From Azolla caroliniana (lineage: Eukaryota > Plantae > Polypodiophyta): a DNA stretch of 64,000 bases. A program made the translations under genes and the position numbers. The stretch covers positions 9,424,001 to 9,488,000 of the forward strand of contig JBHGNT010000017.1 in the NCBI GenBank assembly GCA_043228905.1, given 5' to 3'. A model generated the notes under the pieces. That model was not told the DNA's origin, made no database searches, and saw nothing but the letters and a program-made list of their open reading frames with translations. Within the stretch, counting starts at the first letter, position 1; every line of letters starts with the position of its first letter. Below are positions 49,346-60,448 of this stretch, piece by piece.

Positions 49346-51597
49346 ACGTCAATGTGGATGATGATGAGATGGTGGAAATATGCCTCGGCAGCCTTGCACC
49401 ATGGTTCGGCTCGATGAGAACCGTCGTCCTAGCAAGGGAGAATCCTCCCTCTTTCTTTGATCTTCAATCCATGTTGTTGGTTGAAGAAAACCATGTTCGA
49501 ACAAGGAGCAACACCTCGGAAGGCCACAAGCTCTACACACATTCGAATGGAGGAAGAGGACGTGGCCGAGCAAGAGGCCGATTCAGCCAAGGATGAGGCG
49601 GACGAAGTTCGACTTACGACAACAACTCCCAATTTCGGCAACAAAACGGAAGCAATTGAGGAACCTTTGGAAGAAGGTGGAGCTTCCATTACAATCCGAG
49701 CCAACAAACCTCGATCGAATGCGGTTATTGCGGAAAAATTGGCCACCATTAAGAAGAGTGTCGAAAGAAGAAGCGTGAGTCGGCTTCCACAAGTTGACAA
49801 CTCACCAATTACGCCACCAACTCCGACTATGAAGATCATGGCGGAATCTTTGTAATGAAACATAGAGCAAATTCTATGTCGGCCTCTACTTCGACTAATG
49901 CCTCCAATCCGGAAGATGTATGGCTCGTTGACTCCGGTGCTTCGAACCATATGACGTCCCATCAATAATGGTTCAAAGACCTTTGAGAGCTGGATCGACT
50001 CGGTTATTTCGAGACCGGAGACGACACCACTCATCCGATTCGGCATGTTAGCAATGTCCCATTCGGGAAAGAAGGTGAACAAACTTGCATAAAAAATGTC
50101 TTACATGTACCCACCATAACGAAGAATTTGGTCTTAGTCGGCCAAATTGTGGAGCAAGGGATGCAAGTTTGATTCAACCAAGGAGGTTGCTTCATCGAGA
50201 AGGAAGGCCGACTAATTGCTCGTGGTCGAAGGGAAGGCCGAATGTTTATCCTCGAAGCGAACGAGGTAAAATCGGCCATGTTTGCAAAGGGCCTTAAATT
50301 CAACACCGACATAGAGCTATGGCATAAAAGAATCGGCCATATCAATCTCAACAAACTGAAGGTGATGCAATCGAAAGGAGTCTTCATCGGGCTCCTGACC
50401 TTCAAAGAGAAAGAGATTGAAGGAGTATGTGAAGCATGCCAATTCGGCAAGCAACATCGGCACCCGTTCCCGAAGGAGAGGCACGTAAGCAAAGGCCTAT
50501 TGGACGTAGTCCACTCGGATGTGTGGGGACCGGTACAATGTTACCTTCATTGATGACTTCTCTAGATACACATGGATCTTTCCCATGAGGATGAAGAGCG
50601 AAGTGTTTACACACTTCCAAAAATTCAAAAGCGAAGTCGAAAAGACAATTGGGCGTCATGTACGATGTCTTCAGTCAAACGGAGGAAAGGAATACTTCTC
50701 TGATGCGTTCACGACATACTTTCGACAAGAAGGAATTCAGTGAGAATTCACTTGCCGACACACACTGCAACAAAACGATGTAGCCGAATGCAAGAATCGG
50801 CACATCCTCGAAGTAGCAAAGGCCATGCTAAATGAGAAGCATATGCGTAAGTCATATTGGGTAGAAGCTACAAATACCGTTATCTACCTCACGATCAGTC
50901 GACCAAACCTGAGCTATGCGGTCAACCTTCTTAGCCAGTTCATGCAAACGCCACGAGATATCCATTTGGATTGTACTAAGAGAGTGCTACGATATGTGAG
51001 CGGAATGATGGACTACGTCATTCTCTATAAGTTGGCCACACCAATTCAACTCGAGGGGTACACAGATGCTGACTGGGCAGGTTACAAAGCCGACCGACGA
51101 TCAACCTCTGGTTTCGTCTTCTCCCTCGGAAGTGCAGCCATCTCTTGGAGTAGCAAGAAGCAACCAACTATCGATCTTTTGAGCACAGAGGCCGAATACA
51201 AGGGCGCGACGGTGGATGCATGTGAAGCCGTATGGCTCAAGAGGATATTAAAGGATCTGGGCATTCCCATCAAAGATATGATTCTCCTTTACTGCGACAA
51301 CATGAGCAATATTTATCTGGCTCAGAACCCGGTGTTCCACGCATGCACAAAGCATATCGAAGTGCACTATCACTTCATTCGAGAGCATGTTCAGGCTGGC
51401 GATGTAGACCTTCAACATATCACTATGAATCTTCAGATAGCTAACAACTTCACCAAAGCCCTAGGAACCGACAAGCTTCGACAATTCCTGTCAGACCTTG
51501 GATTGACGGTCCTTGACTAGCCAAGCTTGAGGGGGAGTACAAGCGAAAACCAGATACCATCCGAACCGGATACGAGCCGAAGCGGACATCAACATAA

Positions 51598-51843
51598 GTA
51601 GCCGACCAAAGTTGAGCTTGAGGAGGCGTGTTGATAATCAAGCTCAACCTAGTCTAGTGTGTGAGCACACCCTTGAGAGTGTGCACTTAAAGGTCAAAAG
51701 TCACCACTCTTATCTAGTGTGTAGCCGAGCAAAGTTGAGCTTGAGGAGGCGTGTTGAGAATCAAGCTCAACCTAGTCTTGTGTGTGAACACACCCTTGAG
51801 AGTGTGCACTCAAAGGTCAAAAGTCACCACTCTTATCTACACA
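51598..51843 (+). repeat. 123-bp tandem duplication of the PPT and LTR start of Copia J
   Basis: gtagccga..aaagttgagcttgaggaggcgtgttga..atcaagc occurs at 51598 and 51721. Confidence 0.9.
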
Positions 51844-52536
51844 TTAACTATGTATCATAGAATCATATTCTATGACACATAACTAATGAGTTTTCACATT
51901 CCACATGACCCATCAGCTTCAGTAGTTAATGAAGAGAGAGAGTGACTATACAAAGCACTCTCCTGCTACTTTGTAATTAAGTCGATTAACGTCCTTTACC
52001 ATGGTTCGAATTACATAACCCAGCCATAGATTGGAGAACAAGAGAAATACGGTGTCAACAAACCTGAGGATCTACTCATAAGATTGCAACCATTTCGCTA
52101 CATCAGTTGCGTGAAGAAGGACACAAGGAAGAAATGTTTCTCTTCGCAATATCAATAAACCCTTCTAGTATTAATAAAGAGGAGTCTACTGTTCAACTTC
52201 CAGAGAAGTATTGTCATTATGCTAATGTGTTCGATAAAGTACGAGCTAATATGCTTCCTCACCACTGACTGTATAATTTCCCCATCGATTTACAACCGGG
52301 AAAAGAGCCACCATATGGACCGGTCTACAATTTGTCACCAACCGAGCTAGAAGTTCTTCGAGCCTATATAGACGAGAAATTGGCAAATGGTTTCATTCGA
52401 CATTCGAAATCTCTAGCCAACGCACCCATTTTCTTCGTCAACAAAAGGATGGATCACTTCGTCTCGTCGTCGATTACCGTGGATTGAATATAGTCAGCAT
52501 CAGGAATAGGTATGCACTTCCCCTTATCTCAAGTCT

Positions 52537-52869
52537 GGGTAGCTTTAGGGCATCCTATGAGGTAATCAACTATGCTTTCCCCTTCTCCATGTGGGAAACA
52601 TGTGAGCTCTTCTGAGCCCGATCACTTGGACAAACCATTATATATGATCATCTGGTGTCGACTTCCAAGTTCAAGTAAATGATGGCCAAAGCTTGTGGCA
52701 TTTGCACCTTGATCTTTTGACCTACGTGTGATGCCTATGGTTAAAGGGTAGACATTCACCATGTCTAGGTTTTTATCCATCTGAAATAGTGTGCGTTGTC
52801 AGGATTGGGTTCTCGCATTGAAGTCTCCTACGAGGAAGACTTCCCCTTGGGAAGGATATTGGATTATGT
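52537..52869 (-). pseudogene. Non-LTR retrotransposon (LINE) apurinic-type endonuclease fragment
   Basis: Manual minus-strand translation: EVFLVGDFNART...RRSKDQ...FGHHLLELG...IIYNG...LTCF...SIVDYLI with two stops; not in the ORF track. Confidence 0.85.
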
Positions 52870-55551
52870 GCGGATCAATGGTGCAAGGTTCTTGACAAAG
52901 ATCGACTTACGAGGAGCGTAAAACCTCGTACGGATCCGACGAGGAGATGATTGGAAGACTGCGTTTCGCGCCAAATATGGGCACTTCGAGTATACAGTCA
53001 TGCCATTCGGCCTCACTAATGCGCCAATTGTCTTCTAACACATGGCAAATGATATATTCCGAGATCTCTTGGATGATTTTGTGATCATCTATTTGGATGA
53101 TCTACTGGTTTATTTGAAGACCCAATAAGAGCATGATTTTTATGTACTGTTAGTACTAAAATGACTTCGAGAACATGGTCTTAATGCAAAATTGGAAAAA
53201 TATAGTTTCGGGTGCAACCAAGTAGAATTTTTGGGCTATGTCATTTCCTCGGAAGGCATCTCCATGGATCCAGCTAAGGTCAAAATGGTGGTAGAGTGGC
53301 AACCTCCGCATTTGTTGTGAGATGTGCAATTCTTTTTAGGCTTTGCCAAATTTTACTATAAGTTCATACAGGATTACTCAAAGCTTGTTTTGCCTCTCAC
53401 ACAACTTACCAAGAAGGGAAAATCGTTCGTTTGGTCTGAAGAAGCAGACATTGCTTTTGAGAGTCTTAAGAAGGCATTTACATTAGCTCCTTTTTTTAGC
53501 TCATGTTGATCTAGAAAAACCATTCGTCATTGAAGCAGACACGTCGAATTTTGCCTTGGGTAGCATTCAGTCTCAACAAGGCGACAATGAAAAGCTACAT
53601 CTTGTGGCTTTCCATGCACACAAGTTTGATGCCACGGAAATCAACTATCAAATTCATGATAAGGAGCTATTAGCAATAGTGGACTCTTTTACGCAATGGA
53701 GGTCTTTTCTAGAGGGGTCTTCTCATAAAGTCATCGTATTCAGTGATCACAAAAACTTTGCCTACTTTCAAAATGCTTGTGTGTTAAATCGACGTCAAGC
53801 TCGGTGGGCCCAATTCCTCACTCGTTTCAACTTCAAAATTACATATCATCCGGGGAAGAAACAAGGGAAGGTAGATGCATTATCATGACATTCGTATCTA
53901 GTACCGCATCCTGGCGAGCCAGCTTTCGATAACCAAAAGCAAGTAATCTTGGGACCGGCACGACTGCAAGCAACACAGGTCTTCGGTATGCCCTTGGATT
54001 CCCATGTTATCGATACCATATGTGAGGACTTGAAGACAGATGTTTTCGCTCAAGCCATTCTAGCACAAATTGATCCCTCTCGAGCATCTTGTTCACAGTC
54101 GCAACAACCAGGTACGGACTATCGACAATTTGAATGTCATGATGGATTACTATTCTTTAAGAAACTCTTGTATGTTCCTAATGGTACTTATCGCCTTCAA
54201 GTAGTCCAAAATTGTCATGATACATATACAACTGGGCATTTTGGTAGTACTAAAACACTAGATTTAGTACAACGATCATTCTGGTGGCCCCATATGCAAC
54301 AATTTGTCAAAGATTTTGTTTGGACTTGTGATACATGTTGCAGAGCAAAAATGCCAAGGCATCATCCATATGGTTGATTAGAACCATTACCAATTCCAAG
54401 AAAGCCATGGCAATCCATTGCCCTAGATTTCATCACAGATCTTCCGGTGTCTAAGGGATTCGATGCGATCTTAATAGTAGTAGATCGATATATGAAGATG
54501 GCCCATTTCCTGCCATGTACTAAGGAAATCTCCAGTGAAGAAACCGCCAAAATTGTCATGCGTGAAGTATGTCGGCATCATGGCCTTCTCGATAGTATCA
54601 TCGGCAATCGTGGACCCCAGTTCGTCTCGAAGTTCTGGAAGCACCTCTTTAAAATGCTTAAGGTCACTTGTAATCTCTCCTCCGGTTACCACCCGCAAAT
54701 AGACGGCCAAGCAGAACGAACAAATCAAACACTGGAGCAGTATCTTCATTGCTTTTTAAGCTATCATCAAGATGACTGGGCGGATATTCTCCAATTCGCC
54801 GAATTTGCGTATAATAACTCTGTCCACTCATCTACAAAGGTGACACCATTTTATGCTTACACAGGTTGTCACCCCTAGTGGTGTGTATTTGAAACCCTAG
54901 AGTTACCTACAAATCCTTGTGTAGAGGATCGTTTGGAGCGGCTACGTAAGATACATGTGGATTTATCTACTCATCTACAACAAGCTCAACAAACACACAA
55001 GGTTTACGCGGATCGTCATCGGCTTCCATCCAGTTTTGACATTGGAGATCGGGTGTGGCTACTACGACGACACAGCAAGACTACTCGCCCATGCGAGAAG
55101 TTGGATTACCATCGATTAGGTCATTTCCGTATTATCCGAAAAATTAATGATGTCGCTTTTTGTCTCGATCTACCTCCACAACTTCAGATACATCCAGTGT
55201 TTCATAGTTCTCTCCTCGAACCCTATCAAGACAGCACCATCCCAAGTCTTATTTAACAACCTCCACCCCCGATCGAGCTTGAAGATGGACTTGAGTACGA
55301 GGTTGCCGCCATCCTCGATTCCAAGATTGTTCGCAACAAGTTCTACTATTTAGTCGATTGACTAGGATATAGTCCCAGCGAGCGTACTTTGGAATCGATC
55401 GAGAATGTGACCAATGCTCGTGCTCTTCTTGAAGACAAACCGGGTCCTCAATCCAAAATGACTCTTCAAGACTTCCATCATCAATATCCAGACAAACCGG
55501 GTCCTCAATCCAAAATGACTCGTGCCACTCGTCGTTTTAAAAGGGTGAAAA

Positions 55552-55891
55552 TGTCATGATATGGCAAGACTCAAACCCATGAACTTATGTTACATGGGTT
55601 GAGCTCTTACCATTAGGCTATGTTTTGTAATACGAAAGATATTATTTTCATTTAAGTTTTACTATAGAAAATAGATGTATATTCTAGATTTCTCTGGAAC
55701 ATTCTATTCCCTTAACATAATATATATCTTTTGTTATCCTCATTCTCTCTCTCTCTCACTCACTCACTCTTTCCTTATCACGAGAGTTCTACACCTCCCT
55801 TACTACTAATCCTCATCTTTTAGTACTAATTCCTGCTCTGTTTTAGTACTGTTCCTGACAGTACTTCTCTATCTTAGTACTACTCCTGACA
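55552..55891 (+). repeat. Gypsy D 3' LTR (TATA/R region deleted, terminus duplicated)
   Basis: Homologous to the Gypsy E LTR in reverse complement; cctgaca ends at both 55860 and 55891. Confidence 0.88.
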
Positions 55892-57682
55892 CTTGGCCGG
55901 TTCGGACTTCGTTCCTGAAGTTCCGCCTTCAACCTTTCCGGAGTCGTATTTGCTCTGATCCGACTCAACGTTGCCACTTTCGTATTCCGGCATCTTCTTC
56001 TTCCCCTTCTCTTTGTGCGTGAACCGTCTCCTCGGTTCCTTGCACGGGGAGAGCACGACAGAGTTTCCACTACTCACCGGTTCCTCATCCGACAAGTCAC
56101 TTTGACTTAGTCGCTCAGACGGTCTGCTCAACTGAAACGATGGCTCTCTTCTAGAGTCTCAAGCTCGTCATCTTCTATCTGGACCGGTTTAGGTTCACTG
56201 GCCTCATCCTCCGGGATTGGGTCGGAGTCGGAAGTTAGAGTCATTAGAGAGTACCACGATGCTGTCTCGTCAAACTCAACATCTCGGCTTACTTGGACCT
56301 ACTTTGTCCGGGGGTTATAGCACTTATATCCCTTCTGCTCATGCGAGTAACCGACCAGGATCCACTTCTCCAACTTCAGATCAAGTTTCTTCCGCTTCTC
56401 ATCTGGTACATGCACATATGCTATGTTGCCGAATATCCGAAGGTGTCTCAAATTCGGTTTCTGCCCGAAATACTGCTCATGTGCTGACACCTTGTCTCTG
56501 ATTCGGTTTTGGATGTAGACGGCCATTCGGACCGCCTTAACCCATTAGAATTGGGGCATGCTCTTCTCCTCCAGCATTACCCTTGCCGCATCGAAAATTA
56601 ATCGGTTCTTTCTCTCGGCCACACCATTTTGTTCCGGTGTGTATTGGGAGCTGAATTCTCTCTGAATTCCGTTCTGCTGCAAATAACTATTGAATTGGCC
56701 GGAAAAGTATTCTTTTCCGCCATCCGACCGCGCTCACTTGATCTTCCTCTCAGTTTCCTGTTCAACCAAGCTTTGAAGGTTCTAGGAACACTCGAAGAAT
56801 TCGCTCTTCCTCTCGATGAGGTAGATGCACGTGTGCCGACTGTAGTTGTCAATGAAGGAGACGAAGTATCGACTCCCGCCAAGACTAACATTCTGTGCCA
56901 ATCCCCATACATCTGAATGGATTAGTTCAAGCTTGTTATGGCTCCGATTTCGTTCAGTGGGGAATGAAAGCCGGTGTTGCTTCCTGAGTTGACAGGCTTC
57001 ACAAATTTCGGCTTTCTGGCCACTAAATTTTGGCAAACCGAAAACAACTTGTTTCGATTGCAGGTCTTGAAGCCTCCGGTGGTTGACGTGGCCGATCCGC
57101 TTGTGCCACAGGTCGATGTCCGACTCGACCTTCTGCCCTTTCACAAACATAGCGGTGCTGACGTCATTAGTGTTGAGGATGAACATCCTCCCATCTCTGC
57201 GCCCTTGTGCAATTATCTGGCCTTCTTCCTCGATGAAGCACCCGAGGTGCGTAAACCGCACCTGCATCCCCTGTCGAGTGCCTCCAAAATCTCCCTTATC
57301 TTGGTGGTGTAATCCGTAACCGACATGTCTCTTTGCTGGATGTTGTGAGCTCTTGCCGGAGCTGCAACTTACAGGCTCTGGTACTCGCGGCGAAAATCTT
57401 CCTCAAATTTCCCCAAGCCTCCTTCAACGTTTTTGCATCCTTTATGTAGCCGAGCATCTGGTCGTGCACACAGGATGCAAGACAGTACAATACTCGGCTC
57501 GCTCCTTGCTCCCATACTGGGAAGTGCTCGTGTGTCAGCTCTAGCGCTACCTCGTTCGTTCCTTCAATGAAGCTCCAATATCCATGCCCCAGCAGGTACT
57601 AGTATATCTTGTATGACCAGGACGCGTAGTTGTTCTGGTCGAGCTTCTCTATTGGAAGGGAACTTGTCATTCCTTTGTCCAT
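55892..57682 (-). pseudogene. Copia B gag start and integrase
   Basis: LPIEKLDQNNYASW, LWHKRIGH...CEACQ...HSDVWG, HLRIFG...GYKCYNP; most of gag and the protease are deleted near 57280. Confidence 0.88.
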
Positions 57683-57776
57683 ATCTTCTCTTTATCTGTT
57701 GTTATCGGGTTCTAGGGTTCGTCTAGGAAAGTGGGTGTCGGTTGCAGAGGTTCTCAACCCTCGCGCTCTGATACCA

Positions 57777-58188
57777 TGGGAATGTTAACATGCGGAAGCA
57801 TTTAGATAGAACCAGCTGAGTCGAATAACAATAGAGAATAAGATGAAGGTTTAATGGAGAAGCTTAATACACAGAGAGTATACACGGGAGAGACAGAGAG
57901 CAGAACGTAAACGTTGATTCAAAATAATAAAACCACTCTGTAACTCTGTACATAGAATGTGCTCAAGAGCAGTATTTATACAAGTCCTCAAAAGGACTGA
58001 TAGAAGTACTATGTACTTCATTGCTCATATGAGCGATTGACACTAACTAAGAGACAATAATTACCTAGTAGTCTAGGCTACTACTAGGCTTCCTGCTCCC
58101 GCTCGAATCCGGCTCTCCTATCCGTCTGACTGATCCGGCTCAAGCTTATTAAGCTGATTCAGATCCAGTTGAGCTTGCTCGCTCAACA
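57777..58188 (-). repeat. Copia B 5' LTR
   Basis: TG...CA termini; adjacent to the tRNA-iMet PBS complement gctctgatacca. Confidence 0.92.
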
Positions 58189-59150
58189 CCTTCCAATACT
58201 TGCGTCTTGGGTTCGACATGTATTGGCTGATGACCCCTACGACATAGACAAGGTTAGGTCGGGTCACCACCATTGCGTACGTGATGCTTCCTATGACCGA
58301 TGCGTAGGGTATCTTCTTATTGACCTCTTTCTCCTTGACCGTTCAATATGATTTTCTGTCTGATAGTCAGATCGACGTCGGAAGCGGTGTTGGTGCTGGC
58401 TTCGCGTTCTCCATGTTGAAGAGCTTCAACACTTGCGGATGTAGTCGGACTAGGAGAGTTTCAGAGTTTTTGTCTTCCGATTTCACTCAATCCTCATGCC
58501 TAGTATGTGTCAGGCTTGTTCAAGTTCCTTCATCACGAACTTGTCATGAAGGCTCCGCTTTAGCTCTCCGATTTCCACTTGGTTGGTTCCTGCAATCAAC
58601 ATGTTATCGGCATATAGCATCAAATAGATCTGGGACTTGTCGGCTAGTTTCCAAGTAAATAGACATGGGTCGGAGTCGGACCGGCTATAGCCGAGCTGTC
58701 GGATGTAGGAGTCAAACTTCTGGTACCATATCCTTGGTGCTTGTTTTAAGCTGTAAAACCTTTTCTTCAATTGAGATATTAGGTGAACTTCCTCCCCTGT
58801 CGCCATGAAACCTGCCGGTTGGGACTTGTAAATGTCTTCTTCTAGATCTCCGTGTAGAAATGTCATCTTTACGTCTAGCTACTCGAGCTCTAGGTACTCA
58901 GTCACCATGACCCCAAGTAGGAGCCGAAGGGTGGTCATGTTGACTACTGGTGAGAATATCTCGTTGTAGTAACCCCATGTTCTTGTTTGAATCCCTTCGC
59001 GACGAGCCGGACTTTGTATTTGGGAGTCTCTGACTTGGTTACATATTTGTATCTAAAAACCCATTTGTAGGGCAATGGCTTCCTTCCAGTTGGTAGTTCG
59101 ATTAGATCCCATGTGTTGTTCTCATGAATCGAGTCAATCTCGGATTTCAT
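58189..59150 (-). pseudogene. Copia A reverse transcriptase (right half)
   Basis: MKSEIDSIHENNTW...KVRLVAKG...FLHGDLEE...LKQAPRIW...PYASVIGS...YMSNPRRKYW. Confidence 0.88.
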
Positions 59151-60448
59151 CGGGAGCTTGATGTACGCAATGGTGTGTACCCGACCAGATATAGGATACG
59201 CAGTCAGAGTGGTGAGCCGGTTTATGAGCAATCCTGCAAGGAGCACTGGAACGCGGTCAAATGGATACTACGGTACTTGAAGGGCACTTGAAATATGTGT
59301 CTCCGATTCGGCTCCGGTAAACCTCAACTTGACGGTTTTACCGATTCAGACATGTCGGCTGATGTGGATGCCTGCCGGTCTACATCCGGGTATGTAATGA
59401 CATATGCAGGGGGAGCTGTTTCGTGGAAGTCGAGGCTGCAGAAGACGGTTGCATTGTCAACCACGGAGGCAGAGTACATGGCGGCTATGGAAGCCGGCAA
59501 GGAAATATTATGGATGAAGGACTTCATCAGAGAGCTTGGTATCCGGCAAGATGAATACCGGCTGTATTGCGACAATCAAAGTGACATCCACCTTGCTAAG
59601 AATGTCGCCTACAATTCCCAGACGAAGCATATCCAGTGAAGGTATAACTGGATCCGGGAAAGAGTAGATGACCAAGAGTTCGCGCTGACGAAGATCCACA
59701 CGGCCAAGAATGGGTCAGATATGCTGACCAAAGTACTGATACCCGACAAGTTGGATGCATGCTAGAAGCAAATCGGACTAGTAAGACATCCCATGCCGAA
59801 GTGAAGGGGGATTTTGTTAGGAAACATGTCCCTCCAGATGGGAAGTGAGAAGAACAATACTGATGAGCAAACTCGGCCGAGGCCGAAACCGGATGTGGAG
59901 TACCCGGCTACGAAAGACCCGGTGTGAACCGGATGAGGAGTACCCAGCAAGAGCCGGATGGTGAAGGCCCGGTGAGAAGTGCTCACCGGATGAAGGGACA
60001 TATTTGTAAATATGTTTCTGAGAGTCCATCAGGGCTATATATGTAAATAGCCGAAAAGTTATATTAGTATAAATATGACTTAGGGCAAACAGAAAATATA
60101 GTTGTTGTCATTCTTGTTGGTGCAAGACTAGAGAGCGCGTAACAGTGTACAAAGAGAGAGAGAGAGAGAGAGGAAGAGGTCATTGCCTCTAATGTAACCA
60201 CAGCCTGTGGCGAAGATCGTGAGCACAAGGTTATTGCCTCCGTGAACTCACTATTGTAATCATTGTGATATAGTGATAGTTTGGAGTCGGTGGACTCCCG
60301 TGGTTTTTCCCTCTCAGGGTTTTCCACGTTAAACATCTTGTGCACTCTTCTCTTACCTTTGTGTCGTGTGTTCATTCCCCGTTTTCTGTGTTTGATTCTA
60401 AGCTCAGTTGAGGCCGAGCGTTACGCAGGGAGCGTGTAGTTCCTGTCA
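59149..60448 (+). mobile_element. Copia N (G/H/M family), 3' fragment with LTR
   Basis: GSLMYAMVCTRPD...RNase H ending RHPMPK-stop, PPT gaagggggat, LTR 59815-60448 (TGTT...GTCA). Confidence 0.9.

Larger units (their letters stand above)
47667..51998 (+). mobile_element. Copia J, degenerate, RT largely deleted
   Basis: 5' LTR 47667-48061; PBS tggtatcag at 48062; gag (KLDRNNFASWEYKM) from 48218; knuckle ~49720; PR WLVDSGAS at 49921; INT 50240-50890; RH to 51520; truncated 3' LTR 51752-51998. Confidence 0.92.
46069..55891 (+). mobile_element. Gypsy D, older relative of Gypsy E (Tcn1-like chromovirus), interrupted by Copia J and a LINE fragment
   Basis: 5' LTR tail 46069-46120 matches 55840-55891; PBS gtttgaacc at 46121; gag 46219-47322; PR to 47666; RT-RH-INT-chromodomain 51999-55540; 3' LTR 55552-55891. 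Confidence 0.9.
6370..58188 (-). mobile_element. Copia B, expanded to about 51.8 kb by nested insertions; its own RT is deleted
   Basis: Homologous LTRs at 6370-~6803 and 57777-58188. tRNA-iMet PBS at 57765-57776. gag/INT at 55892-57682 and RNase H tail at 7182-7591. Flanks tctcc/ccttc are each one C>T away from a cctcc TSD and rejoin the Copia A frame. Confidence 0.8.
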
